Shown: piece after piece, positions 26,501 through 40,100 of the stretch
Layout of the letters: each line of letters begins with the position of its first letter
Position numbering within the stretch: the stretch's first letter is position 1
Assembly: GCA_040954595.2 (NCBI GenBank)
Contig: CM082588.2
Coordinates: forward strand, 11,421,398-11,485,397
DNA from: Balanoglossus misakiensis
Lineage: Eukaryota > Animalia > Hemichordata
Direction: 5' to 3'
Length of the DNA: 64,000 nt
Translations under genes and position numbers: made by a program
Notes under the pieces: generated by a model
Database searches by the model: none
Told to the model about the DNA's origin: nothing
Seen by the model: only the letters and a program-made list of their open reading frames with translations

Positions 26501-29500
26501 CTCTGTCCGCGTGTTTCTGCTCTAGAGTGCCGGGGCTTTATCCAAGCCATGCCGTAGAAAATCTGACTTGATCACCGTTGCTAACGTACGCTAGTGTCTG
26601 TCATATTGTGACGGAGATTTAGCCGAGCCAGGCCGCAGGAAAATCGACTTGTTCAACGTTACCAGTGTGCAACTGTTTCTGCTCTAGAGTGTCAGGGTTT
26701 TAGCCGACTTATGCTGTAGGAAATCTGAGTTGATTAACGAGAATTCATTGCTAGAAAACCCGTGTGGAAAGTATCTCTACCCGTTTGAAACTAAGAAAAG
26801 CATTTATTCTTATTTATTTTGTAAAAAAGACAATATTTCGAAAAAAAGTCGAAAATGGTAATTTTGTTTTGGGTGATTCAAATTATACCGCCTTTTCTGG
26901 AATTTGCAGCACTTTTTACAAGAGAACGACACTTCATGCTCCATAATATTTCCGAAAATGAAGAAAAGAGTTATTTTTTTATGATTTTTTAAAAATTTAC
27001 CATTTTTCTCAAAATATGGCCAAAATGGCTATTTTTTCTTGAATTCCGTCAATATCTCTGCATTTTTGGAGTGGTCGAAAGTTTTAACATACAATCAACA
27101 TGTCATATATGATCAGGGCACCAAATTCGAAGAACAAAGGTTTTTTTATTTTTTTTCTAAAAATGACATTTTCAAGGAAAATTTGGTAAAACGCAATTTT
27201 GTCTGCAGTGAGCCAAATTAGACGGTCTTTTGTGGAATTTGTATCGATATATACATACGACGAGCATTCTATACTCCATCAGATTTCCGAAAATGTAGAA
27301 AACAGGTATTTTTTGTAATTTTCAAAAATTTACCATTTTGACCAATTTGTGGCTAAATTTTTTATTTTCGTGTTGAATGCCGCTAGTGTCACTGCATTTA
27401 AAAGTCATAAAAACTTTTAACATACAAGCAATTCTTTATATATGATCAGGTCACCGAATTACAAAAATAAAGAATGTTTTGCCTAAAAATGACCTTTTAG
27501 GTGCAAAAACGAATAAAACGTAATTTTGTATTAAATCAGCTCATTCAGAGTGCATTTTTTATAATCAGCACCATTTTTATATATAATGGAAATTTCATAC
27601 ATCATCAGATATCCAAATATGAAAAAATGAATAAGATATATTTAAGATGATTGTCCAAAATTAGCTGATATCTAATAAATGTAGTATTGAACCGTTCTGT
27701 TTCCCCCCCCCCCCCCTACATTATATGCGGTACGCCGATGTCAGCTTACCCGGCAGAACTGCAGGCCGTGCCCCCAACTAACGTCGGTGTTTGAAACGCC
27801 CTGGTTAAATTCGGGCTTTCTCTATAAATTGACAGGCAATAATGCAGTCCTACCCGAACAAATGTCGAGTGTTGACCCGCTGTGACTTTCCCTCTTCGGT
27901 TTGCCCGACTTAGCCAACGTCTTTGTACTAGAGTGTCGGGTCTTTTGCAGAGCCAGGCCGAAGGAAATCCGACTTGATCACCGTTGCTAACGAACGCTAG
28001 TGTCTGTCATGGTGTGCCGGGGTTTTAGTCGAGCCAGGCCGTAGGAGATCTGACTTGATCATCGTGGTCAATGTACGCGTGTTTAAGCTCTAAAGTGCCG
28101 GGGCTTCATCTAAACCAGGCCGTAGGAAATCCGACGTAATCACCGTTGATAACTTAGGCCAGTCTGTGTCATATATAGCCGGTGCACCAGCCGAGTCACG
28201 CCGTAGGAAATCTGACTTGATCAACGTGGTCAATGTACGCGTGTTTCTGCTCTAGAGTGTCAGGGCTTTAGCAAAGCCATGCCGTAGGAAATCTGACTTG
28301 ATCAACGTTGCTAACGAACGCTAGTGTCTGTCATAGTGTGCCGGGGTTTTAGTCGAGCCAAGCCGTAGGAGATCAGACTTGATCAACGTGGTCTCTGTAC
28401 GCGTGTTTCTACTCTAGAGTGCCGGGGCCTTATCCAAGCCATGCTGTAGAAAATCTGACTTGATCACCGTTGCTAACGTACGCTAGTGTCTGTCATATTG
28501 TGACGGAGATTTAGCCGAGCCAGGCCGTAAAAAAATCGACTTGTTCAACGTTATCAGTGTGCAACTGTTTCTGCTCTAGAGTGTCAGGGTTTTAGCCGAT
28601 TTATGCTGTAGGAAATCAGAGTTGATGAACGGGAATTCAATGTTAGAAAACCCGTGTGGAAAGTATCTCTACCCGTTTGAAACTAAGAAAAGAATTTATT
28701 CTTATTTATTTTGTAAAAAAGACAATTTTTCGAAAAATAAGGCGAAAATGGTAATTTTGTCTTGGGTGATTCAAATTATACCACCTTTTCTGGAATATGC
28801 AGCACTTTTTACAAGAGAACGACACTTCATGCTCCATAATATTTCCGAAAATGAAGAAAAGAGTAAATTTTTTATGATTTTTTAAAAATTTACCATTTTT
28901 GTCAAAATATGGCCAAAATGGCTATTTTATCTTGAATTCCGTCAATATCTCTGCATTTTTGGAGTGGTCGAAAGTTTTAACATACAATCAACATGTCATA
29001 TTTGATCGGGGCACCAAATTCGAAGAACAAAGGTTTTTTTATTTTTTTTCTAAAAATGATATTTTCAAGGAATATTTGGTAAAACGCAATTTTGTCTGCA
29101 GTGAGCCAAATAAGACGGTCTTTTGTGGAATTTGTATCGATATATACATACGAAGAGCATTCTATACTCCATCAGATTTCCGAAAATGTAGAAAACAGGT
29201 ATTTTTTGTAATTTTGAAAAATTTTCCATTTTGACCAAATTGTGGCTAAAATTGTTATTTTCGTGTTGAATGCCGCCAATGTCACTGCTTTTAAAAGTCA
29301 TAAAAACTTTTAACATACAAGCAATTCTTTATATATGATCAGGTCACCTAATTAAAAGAAGAGAGAATGTTTTGCCTAAAAATGACCTTTTTGGTGCAAA
29401 AACGAATAAAACGCAATTTTGTATTAAATCAGAGTGCATTTTTTATAATCAGCACCATTTTCACATATATAATGGAAATTTCATACATCATCAGATATCC

Positions 29501-32022
29501 AAATATGAAAAAAATGATTTAGATGATTGTCCAAAATTAGCTGATATCTAATAAATGTAGTATTGAACCGTTCTGTTTCCCCCCCCCCCCCCGAATTAAA
29601 AAAATAAAGAATGTTTTGCCTAAAAATGACCTTTTAGGTGCAAAAACGAATAAAACGTAATTTTGTATTAAATCAGCTCATTCAGAGTGCATTTTTTATA
29701 ATCAGCACCATTTTTACATATAATGGAAATTTCATACATCATCAGATATCCAAATATGAAAAAATGATTTAGATTTTAGATGATTGTCCAAAATTAGCTG
29801 ATATCTAATAAATGTAGTATTGAACCGTTCTGTTTCCCCCCCCCCCCCCCTACATTATATGCGGTACGCCGATGTCAGCTTACCCGGCAGTACTGCAGGC
29901 CGTGCCCCCAACTAACGTCGGTGTTTGAAACGCCCTGGTTAAATTCGGGCTTTCTCTATAAATTGACAGGCAATAATGTAGTCCTACCCGAACAAATGTC
30001 GAGTGTTGACCCGCTGTGACTTTCCCTCTTCGTTTGGCCCGACTTAGCCAACGTCTTTGTACTAGAGTGTCGGGTCTTTTGCCGAGCCAGGCCGAAGGAA
30101 ATCCGACTTGATCACCTTTGCTAACGAACGCTAGTGTCTGTCATGGTGTGCCGGGGTTTTAGTCGAGCCAGGCCGTAGGAAATCTGACTTGATCAACGTG
30201 GTCAATGTACGCCTGTTTCTGCTCTAGAGTGCCGGGGCTTCAGCTGAGCCAGGCCGTAGGAAACCCGACGTGATTACCGTTGTTAACTTACGCCAGTCTG
30301 TGTCCTATATATAGTGCCGGGGCATCAGCTGTGCCAGGCGTAAGGAAATGTGAGTAGATCAACGTGGTCTCTGTACGCGTGTTTCTGCTCTAGAGTGCCG
30401 GGGCTTTATCCAAGCCATGCTGTAGAAAATCTGACTTGATCACCGTTGCTAACGTACGCTAGTGTCTGTCATATTGTGACGGAGATTTAGCCGAGCCAGG
30501 CCGTAAAAAAATCGACTTGTTCAACGTTATCAGTGTGCAACTGTTTCTGCTCTAGAGTGTCAGGGTTGTAGCCGATTTATGCTGTAGGAAATCAGAGTTG
30601 ATGAACGGGAATTCAATGTTAGAAAACCCGTGTGGAAAGTATCTCTACCCGTTTGAAACTAAGAAAAGAATTTATTCTTATTTATTTTGTAAAAAAGACA
30701 ATTTTTCGAAAAAAAGGCGAAAATGGTAATTTTGTCTTGGGTGATTCAAATTATACCACCTTTTCTGGAATATGCAGCACTTTTTACAAGAGAACGACAC
30801 TTCATGCTCCATAATATTTCCGAAAATGAAGAAAAGAGTTAATTTTTTATGATTTTTTAAAAATTTACCATTTTTGTCAAAATATGGCCAAAATGGCTAT
30901 TTTATCTTGAATTCCGTCAATATCTCTGCATTTTTGGAGTGGTCGAAAGTTTTAACATACAATCAACATGTCATATATGATCAGGGCACCAAATTCGAAG
31001 AAAAAGTTTTTTTTTAGTTTTTTTTCTAAAAATGACATTTTCAAGGAAAATTTGGTAAAAAGCAATTTTGTCTGCAGTGAGCCAAATTAGACGGTCTTTT
31101 GTGGAATTTGTATCGATATATACATACGAAGAGCATTCTATACTCCATCAGATTTCCGAAAATGTAGAAAACAGGTATTTTTTGTAATTTTCAAAAATTT
31201 ACCATTTTGACCAAATTGTGGCTAAAATTGTTATTTTCGTGTTGAATGCCGCCAGTGTCACTGCTTTTAAAAGTCATAAAAACTTTTAACATACAAGCAA
31301 TTGTTTATATATGATCAGGTCACCGAATTAAAAAAAAATAAAGACTGTTTTGCCTAAAAATGACCTTTTTGGTGCAAAAACGAATAAAACGCAATTTTGT
31401 ATTAAATCAGCTCATTCAGAGTGCATTTTTTATAATCAGCACCATTTTTACATATAATGGAAATTTCATACATCATCAGATATCCAAATATGAAAAAATG
31501 ATTTAGATTTTAGATGATTGTCCAAAATTAGCTGATATCTAATAAATGTAGTGTTGAACCGTTCTGTTCCCCCCCCTACATTATATGCGGTACGCCGATG
31601 TCAGCTTACCCGGCAGTACTGCAGGCCGTGCCCCCAACTAACGTCGGTGTTTGAAACGCCCTGGTTAAATTCGGGCTTTCTCTATAAATTGACAGGCAAT
31701 AATGCAGTCCTACCCGAACAAATGTCAAGTGTTGACCCGCTGTGACTCTCCCTCTTCGGTTTGCCCGACTTAGCCAACGTCTTTGTACTAGAGTGTCGGG
31801 TCTTTTGCAGAGCCAGGCCGAAGGAAATCCGACTTGACCACCGTTGCTAACGAACGCTAGTGTCTGTCATGGTGTGCCGGGGTTTTAGTCGAGCCAGGCC
31901 GTAGGAGATCTGACTTGATCATCGTGGTCAATGTACGCGTGTTTCCGCTCTAAAGTGCCGGGGCTTCAGCTAAACCAGGCCGTAGGAAATCCGACGTAAT
32001 CACCGTTGATAACTTACGCCAG

Positions 32023-32059
<37 letters not shown>

Positions 32060-32232
32060 TTTATTTCACTTCCAATTTTTTTACATCGAATGGTGAAAAA
32101 GAAAATGTACTATTTAAGTGAAAAAGGAGGTAGGAAAAATAGTGCATTCGCACTAGTCAAGTCCATCCCCTCATGGTGAACAGTAGAACACTTGGTTAGT
32201 AATACATACAAAAGGAAGAAATAAAAGTCAAA

Positions 32233-35200
32233 CTATACTTTTCCTAACAAGGATTTCATATGTTTCTTAAATGAAAATTTTGACCTTGTTGAGCGCATAT
32301 TTTCAGGAAGTTTATTCCAAACCTTTGCTGCAGTGTACTTTATGGAATTTTGGCCAGCATTACTGTTATATTTCGGAATAAAAAGATCACCTATATCTTT
32401 TGATCTGGTATGATAAGAGTGTTGAATAGGAACGAAATACTCTGAGAATCCTGGTGGAAGCTTGCCATTAAGAGCATCATGAACAAACAAGGACAGTTGA
32501 AGATCACGTTGCTTGTATACATTCAAAATATGTAACTCATTAAACAATGGTGAAGAGTGTGCAAGACGGTCTGATCCCGCCAATACACGTACAATTCTTT
32601 TCTGTGTAACAAGTATTGGCCTCAAAAAAGATAAATAAGTATTTCCCCAAGTTTCTATAGCATAGGAAATGTGTGGGAGGATAAAACAATTGTACAATAG
32701 TATAAGAATATGTCGTGGGACAACATCCCTTAACCTATAAAGAATACCAGTCTTCATACTAATCGTTCTGTTTACATTTCTAATGTGATGTTTCCATGTT
32801 AACTTATTGTCTATTTCTACACCGATATACTTAGTTGTTTGTACTTCGTCTATTGTTACCCCTTTAACATCAATTTCTCCTGTTGTCTCTACTGACACGT
32901 TCTTACCTCTAAAAATAACATATTCAGTTTTCTTTGAGTGTACAGTTAATTTGTTGGCATCACACCAGTTTATAACATTTTTCAATTGTGAATTAACTTC
33001 TGAGAGATCTATTATATTTCTTGGATTAAATGTATGAAATAGACTGGTATCGTCTGCAAATAGACGCGTGTCAAAATACCTTGCTGCCCCTGTTATATCA
33101 TTTACATAGATGAGAAAAAGTGTTGGACCCAGCACAGAACCTTGTGGAACTCCACAGGATATTTGTAATTCATCTGATCGTACACCATTTACATTTACAT
33201 GTTGCCTTCTGTTGGTCAAATAGCTTCTAAAAAGATTTTTAGGGAGTCCCCTAACACCATAATTGTCCAGTTTGTCTATCAAAATGTCATGATTCGCGGT
33301 GTCAAATGCTTTCTTCAAGTCAAGAAATATCCTGATAACCTTATTTCCCATATCAATTTCGTCCAGAATTTTCTGTGCTAGTTCCACAATTGCCAATTTA
33401 GTACTATAATTCTCTCTGAAGCCATACTGGTAAGGGTACAGTAAATCAAATTTGTTAAAATAGGAAATAATTTGCTTATTAATAAGTTTTTCAAAAATTT
33501 TACTAATTTGTGGCAATACAGACACTGGTCTAAAATTACCTGGATCAGTCGTCTCTCCTTTTTTGAAGATAGGAGTCACTTTTGCTATTTTTAAGGAATC
33601 TGGGAAAATTCAAGTTGTGATCGTTAAATTGATAATATAACTAAGAGGCTTAGAAATATATAATGCTGCATTGATTAACAATTTTGGGCTAATGTAGTCA
33701 TAACCCACTGCCTTCCGCGTATCTAATGCTTGAAGTAATTTAAAAACTTCTTGTTCAGAGGTTCCTTGAAGAAAAAAAGAATGCAATGTACAATGTGATA
33801 AGTATAACAAGTAACTTTTGTTTGAATGAGTTATACTACTAGCAAGAGCCTCTCCAATTTAGACAAAAAACTCATTAAACCCATTGACAATGTCACAATG
33901 GGTGATCAGGGTAGTCTGCCGACCAGCTGAAGACATTTGTAAACTACTTGGTAGATTTACATGTTTACCACCACCCCTCAAAATATCATTAATAATTTTC
34001 TATGTCTTACTAGTATCTGCTTGATAGTATGTAAACTGGTCAGAATAATAATCTTGCTTAGCCTTTTTCAGAATATTTGTAAGCATGTTCCGGTAGCATT
34101 TGTATTTTGTAAAGACGTCTGGCCGATAATTAGTTTTTAAGACATTTGAGTAGAGCTTGTGTTTCTGGTCAATTGATTTTTTAGGTCCCATTGGTATAGG
34201 CCTATATACCATGGGACCTTATGGGATGGGTTGCGTCTGTATGTATGTATGTATGGATGGATGGATGGATGTATGTATGTCTGTATGTCCGTCCACATCA
34301 AAAACTTGAAAACCGCTGCGCGTATCACCTCAATATTTGGTGTGTAGGTGCAGGCAGGGCTGTAGATGGGAGTTTGTCCAAACGAAGTTGCCAGGCCCAA
34401 AAATATGCAAATATGCTTGTAAAATGTGAAATTGATCAAAACTCTGTAAGTCAGCAACTACTGGTCAGATTGCTTTGAAAATTGGTATGTATGTACCTTA
34501 TGTCAACCTCACACCGACCTGTAAGTGTTAAGTTGATATAATGGATGTTTTATTTTTTATGAATTTTTTAGTCTTTTTATTAAATTTATACCTTTACTTA
34601 TACCTCTATGGTTAAGCTATGTCCACGTCTTATTGTGGAATTCTGGTCTGTGCAATAGTCCTGTACAGTGACTGTCTATTGGTCAGTGAGCACAATGGGG
34701 CCAAAATAAAAGGCAAATTTTTGGGCTCACCTGTAACACCTTCTTAACACATTAATTATGTGCATACCTAATTCCGGGCTAACTAATAGGGCTAGAGGTT
34801 TCGTTCTTGTGGGACATGGACCAGTATAGGGTCAAAATTTTTTGCCCAAATTTTGGGTGACCTCAGGTGACCTTTGACCTACTTTCCTATATCTCGGCAT
34901 CCAGAGCAGGTACAGACTTGGCGTTTGGAGGGTTGGGACTAAAATTGAAAAGCCAAAATATGGGTCACCAGTGACACCTGCATATCTCATTAATTATGTG
35001 CATACCTAATTCCAGGCTAACCAATAGGGCTATAGGTTTGGTTTTTGTTGAACATGGACCAGTATAGGGTCAAAATTTCTTGCCCAAATTTTGCATGACC
35101 TCAGGTGACCTTTGACCTACTTTTCCATATCTTGGCATCCAGAGCAGGTACAGACTTGGCGTTTGGAGGATTGGCACTAAAATTGAAAAGCCAAAATTGG

Positions 35201-36900
35201 GGGTCACCTGTGACACCTGCATATCTTATTAATTATGTGCATACCTAATTCCAGGCTAATCAATAAGGCTATAGGTTTGGTTTTTGTTGAACATGGACCA
35301 GTATAGGGTCAAAATTTCTTGCCCAAATTTTGCATGACCTTAGGTGACCTTTGACCTACTTTACCATATCTTGGCATCCAGAGCAGGTACAGACTTGGCG
35401 TTTGGAGGGTTGGCACTAAAATTGAAAAGCCAAAATAGGGGGGCACCTGTGACACCTGCATATCTCATTAATTATGTGCATACCTAATTCCAGGCTAACC
35501 AATAAGGCTATAGGTTTGGTTATTATTGAACATGGACCAGTATAAGGTCAACATTTCTTGCCCAAATTTTGCATGACCTCAGGTGACCTTTGACCTACTT
35601 TATCATATCTTGGCATCCAGAGCAGGTAGACTTCGCGTTTGGAGGGTTGGGACTAAAATTGAAAAGCCAAAATTGGGGGTCACCTATGACACCTGCATAT
35701 CTCATTAATTATGTGCATACCTAATTACAGGCTAACCAATAGGGCTATAGGTTTGGTTTTTGTTGAACATGGACCAGTATAGGGTCAAAATTTCTTGCCC
35801 AAATTTTTTGCTTGACCTCAGGTGACCTTTGACCTACTTTTCCATATCTTTGCATCCAGAGCAGATATGCTTATTGCTATGTTGCTATGTGCTATGTCCT
35901 CAAATGGGACCACAGTGTCCTTGACGCTATTTTTTATTCCAGCAGTTATCCATGGTTTCCGTATTTTTCTTTTTGAACTAAGCTTTTTAGAAAGCAGTGG
36001 AGCATGCTTATTACAAATATTCGAGAAAATGGTTAAAAACGAGTCATATGCTGTATTAGCATCAGTACTCTCATACACAGCTGCCCAATTGACACTACTT
36101 AACTCATCTTGAAATAAACCTATATTAAAATTACGGTAGTCCCTGAAGGTAACACTCTTTGGTTTTTGGAAATAAATACGAAGATCCTCAAAGATGGCAA
36201 ATATAGGCAAATGGTCAGCAAGATGAACATCAATAGTTCCACAATTAACAAAATGACTATGTATATTTGTATAAATATGATCAATAACCGTTCTTGAATG
36301 ATCTGATATATGTGTTGGCACAGTGATCATCTGAGTTAGGTTAAAAGAAGACATACTATTATTAAGATCAACCGTTTCATATGCATTTAAATCAGACGCA
36401 TTTACATTAAAGTCACCCACATGTATGCACTGCATCTTCTTGCGGTCAATATCAGTCAATACAGATTCAAGACTTTCAAGGAATTCGCCTATATTAGTGT
36501 TTGGTTTCCTATACACTACTCCAAGAATGAGTGATTTCTTCTTTGGCAAGTCAAATTTGAGCCAGATAGATTCAGAATGATTTACAGTCGCTTCAATGGA
36601 GGTATAATTCAAAGATGAGTCTATATATGCCCCAACTCCCCCACCCCGCTGGTCATTTCGACATTTTCTTTCCAAATGATAGCCTTCTAAACAATAAAGC
36701 TCTTTATTTTGAACCTGCCAGATCTCTGATAATGCTATAACTTTGATTTTTGATTCATCAAGTGACTCATATAACAATTTAAATTCATGAAAGTTTCGAC
36801 TGAGGGACCGAATATTACAATGAGATATAGAGAATGTAGAAATAGGTGTATTACTAACCAAGTTGCAGAACTCAGTAAGAATATGATTTACATTTCCTAT
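32233..36900 (-). pseudogene. LINE ORF2 (APE endonuclease + reverse transcriptase), split by an inserted element
   Basis: APE motifs HCNIRSL, LSEIW, GGGVGAYI, VGDFN, IDHIY, DHLPIF; RT motifs NFRPVSVLP, QYGFR, FLDLKKAFD, GVPQGSVLGPTLFLIYVND, LFADD. Removing 34183-35929 rejoins KPWITAGIK to KSIDQKHKLY. Stop near 34000 and frameshift near 33610. Confidence 0.92.
34183..35929 (+). mobile_element. Non-autonomous Helentron-type (HINE/DINE-like) element
   Basis: 5' hairpin AGGTCCCA..TGGGACCT, (GTAT/GGAT)n microsatellite ~34238-34287, about five ~240-bp tandem units, 3' subterminal TGGGACC plus short hairpin AGTGTC-CTT-GACGCT, inserted in a T run with no distinct TSD. Confidence 0.8.
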
Positions 36901-36980
36901 AACAATCAGAGTTTAACAATTGTTCCGCTTCTACAGAAGTCATTGAAATACAATGAATCCACAGATTCAGAAAAATAAAA

Positions 36981-37189
36981 TTATTGAACGAATCTATCAA
37001 CATCTGTGGAGTCGTTTTTTCTTTGTATACGGTTTAATTGACTCTCTGAAAATTTTTGTTCACCTAGCCACTGTCTACAAAATACATTTGGTGGCCAGAA
37101 ACTAGACTCAAGCAAAAGCTTAGCCTGGTGAAAGGATACGTTGATTTTAGCAGCAACAGCGCCTTTGCGTTTACTGGATATGATTCTCG
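36981..37189 (-). pseudogene. C-terminal remnant of LINE ORF1
   Basis: Peptide ...SSFWPPNVFCRQW directly upstream of ORF2 resembles ORF1 C-termini of this LINE group; the N-terminal part of the listed ORF is satellite read-through. Confidence 0.6.
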
Positions 37190-40100
37190 AGTCTGTGTCA
37201 TATAGAGCCGGTGCACCAGCCGAGTCACGCCGTACGAAATCTGACTTGATCAACGTGGTCAATGTACGCCTGTTTCTGCTCTAGAGTGCCGGGGCTTCAG
37301 CTGAGCCAGGCCGTAGGAAACCCGACGTGATTACCGTTGTTAACTTACGCCAGTCTGTGTCCTATATATAGTGCCGGGGCATCAGCCGTGCCAGGCCGAA
37401 GGAAATGTGAGTAGATTAACGTGGTCTCTGTACGCGTGTTTCTGCTCTAGAGTGCCAGGGTTTTAGCCAAGCCAAGCCGTAGGAAATCTGACTTGATCAC
37501 CGTTGCTAACGAACGCTAGTGTCTGTCATAGTGTGCCGGGGTTTTAGTCGAGCCAAGCCGTAGGAGATCAGACTTGATCAACGTGGTCTCTGTACGCCTG
37601 TTTCTGCTCTAGAGTGCCGGGGCTTCAGCTGAGCCAGGCCGTAGGAAACCCGTCGTGATTACCGTTGTTAACATACGCCAGTCTGTGTCCTATATATAGT
37701 GCCGGGGCATCAGCCGTGCCAGGCCGAAGGAAATGTGAGTAGATCAACGTGGTCTCTGTAGGCGTGTTTCTGCTCTAGAGTGCCGGTGCTTTATCCAAGC
37801 CATGCCGTAGAAAATCTGACTTGATCACTGTTGCTAACGTACGCTAGTGTTCGTCATATTGTGACGGCGATTTAGCCGAGCCAGGCCGTAGAAAAATCGA
37901 CTTGTTCAACGTTACCAGTGTGCAACTGTTTCTGCTCTAGAGTGTCAGGGTTTTAGCCGACTTATGCTGTAGGAAATCTGAGTTGATGAACGGGAATTCA
38001 ATGTTAGAAAACCCGTGTGGAAAGTATCTCTACCCGTTTGAAACTAAGAAAAGAATTTATTCTTATTTATTTTGTAAAAAAGACAATATTTCGAAAAAAG
38101 TCGAAAATGGTTATTTTGTCTTGGGTGATTCAAATTATACCGCCTTTTCTGGAATTTGCAGCACTTTTTTCAAGAGAACGACACTTCATGCTCCATAATA
38201 TTTCCGAAAATGAAGAAAAGAGTTAATTTTTTATGATTTTTTTAAAAATTTACCATTTTTATCAAAATATGGCCAAAATGGCTATTTTTTCTTGAATTCC
38301 GTCAATATCTCTTAGTCCGTGGGCACGACGGGTCCACCGTGCACCCCCCCCCCCCCCCATAAACCTACCACTTGGGTATTTTTTTGTTCTTTAGAACGTG
38401 CTGAACAAGAAAAAAGATGTTAACATTGAATATTTTGGGTTGCACTACCCCTCCGGGGTGGTTTTTGAATGGTATGTGCCGCTCAAAATGGCGAAAAATG
38501 GGTTGGGTGGGGGGTACTATATTCTCTCCTAAAAAAATAAAACTACCATGAAATTACATAAACCTCATATTTTTAGAAAGCTTAGATACTGCTCTTTACG
38601 GGAAGCACAAACTTTATTAAACAATATTTATGAATATTTAATTAGATGATTTTTAAATTAATTTTTTCGGCAATTTTGAAAGTTTTCACTCAAAAGACAA
38701 TGTTACAATTGTGATTTTCTTTTTGTGAAGCAAATTTTTGACAACTTTTTAGGTTTGGATTATTTAATTCTATATATTAAACAAGAAAACAAATGTTAAC
38801 ATTAGTTATTTAACAATACAATACTTCTTTAGAGACAACTTTGAAATGCATGTATCCTATGGGATTACGCATGGTCTTGGGGTAGGGGTACTATATCCTC
38901 TCCTAAAAAAAATAAAACTAGCAAACAATTACATAAACCTTATATTTTTAGAAAGCTTAGACACTGCTCTTTACGGGAAGCACAAACTTAATTATAAAAA
39001 AAATTATGAATATTTAATTATAAGATTTTTAAATTAATTTTTTCGGCAATTTTGAAAATATTCACCCCAAAGACAACGCAACAATTGTGATTTTCTTTTT
39101 GTAAAGCAAATTTTTGACATCTTTGGGGGTTTGGATTATTGACTTCTGTTTATTAAACAAGAAAACAAATGTTAACATTAGTTATATAACAATACAATAC
39201 TTCTTTAGAGACAACTTTGAAATGCATGTATCCTATGGGATTACGCATGGTCTTCGGGTAGGGGGTACTATATCCTCTCCTACAAAAATAAAGCTAGCTT
39301 CAAAGTACATAAACCTTATTATTTTAGAAAGCTTAGACACTGCTCTTTACGGGAAGTGCAAATAGGAGTAAAATTAATTTTTGATTATTTAATTATATGA
39401 TTTTTAAATTATTTTCTTCGGCAATTTTGAAAATATTCATCCCCAAAGACAACGCAATGATTGTGATTTTGTTTTTGTGAAGCAAATTTTTGACAGCTTT
39501 TTGGGGTTTGGATTATTGACTTCTATATATACTAAACAAGAAAGCAAATGTTAACATTAGTTATTTAACAATAAAACACTTCTTTAGAGACAACTTTGAA
39601 ATGTGTGTATCCTGTGGGATTACGCATGGTCTTGGGGTAGGTGGTACTAGATTCTATATTGATTTGAAATGGCAGATCAATATGTTTGGTAATAATTCAG
39701 TTATTGCAGTTGGGGACTGGAATGTAGTGAGGGTTTTGATGCTGACACAGCTGGCCGCACTACAGACTCTCACTCGGATGCAAGGCAACAAATTGATCTT
39801 CTCTGTGATGAGTATAATTTGATAGATATTTGGCGGATGATAAACGAGTCCTCGCGTACATTTACGTAGTTTAGGCGCAAAAGACTGGATTATTTTCTTA
39901 TTACGCCTGAATTCGCTAATGTGACCGCAACTGCAAATATTTGTGTCGGTTACCGGAGTGACCACTCTGCAATACGTCTCTCTCGGATGACAACGATTAT
40001 GTGGACATTGTTAAAAACACAATTCGGGATACTAAGGATGAGTACAGACAGGAGGGAAGCTCTCAAGCTGGTCCCACTTTTACCATTTCGGATCAACTTT

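Larger units (their letters stand above)
32025..37189 (-). mobile_element. 5'-truncated non-LTR retrotransposon of the CR1/L2 group (L2/Crack/Daphne-like)
   Basis: C-terminus of ORF1, APE and RT on the minus strand, (GATT)8 tail at 32025-32056; AGTC on both flanks (32021-32024, 37190-37193) as a possible 4-bp TSD. Exact clade needs an RT phylogeny. Confidence 0.9.
902..38312. repeat. Tandem macrosatellite, ~2.05-kb monomer, about 13 monomers, interrupted by two retroelements
   Basis: Poly-C landmark recurs at ~1533, 3596, 5650, 7610, 9679, 11721, 13253, 22120, 23778, 25810, 27703, 29579/29836, 31569; monomers are highly similar and generate recurrent spurious ORFs (MESISTRLK..., MNRSV...). 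Confidence 0.97.

Noticed and set aside
2655-31745. Recurrent 60-115 aa ORFs in the satellite (MESISTRLK..., MNRSV..., MMNGNS...)
   Set aside because: Mostly non-ATG starts, frames broken differently in each monomer by homopolymer indels, no recognisable domains.
36981-37262. Satellite-LINE ORF1 fusion protein
   Set aside because: Chance in-frame read-through from a TTG in the satellite into a truncated ORF1.
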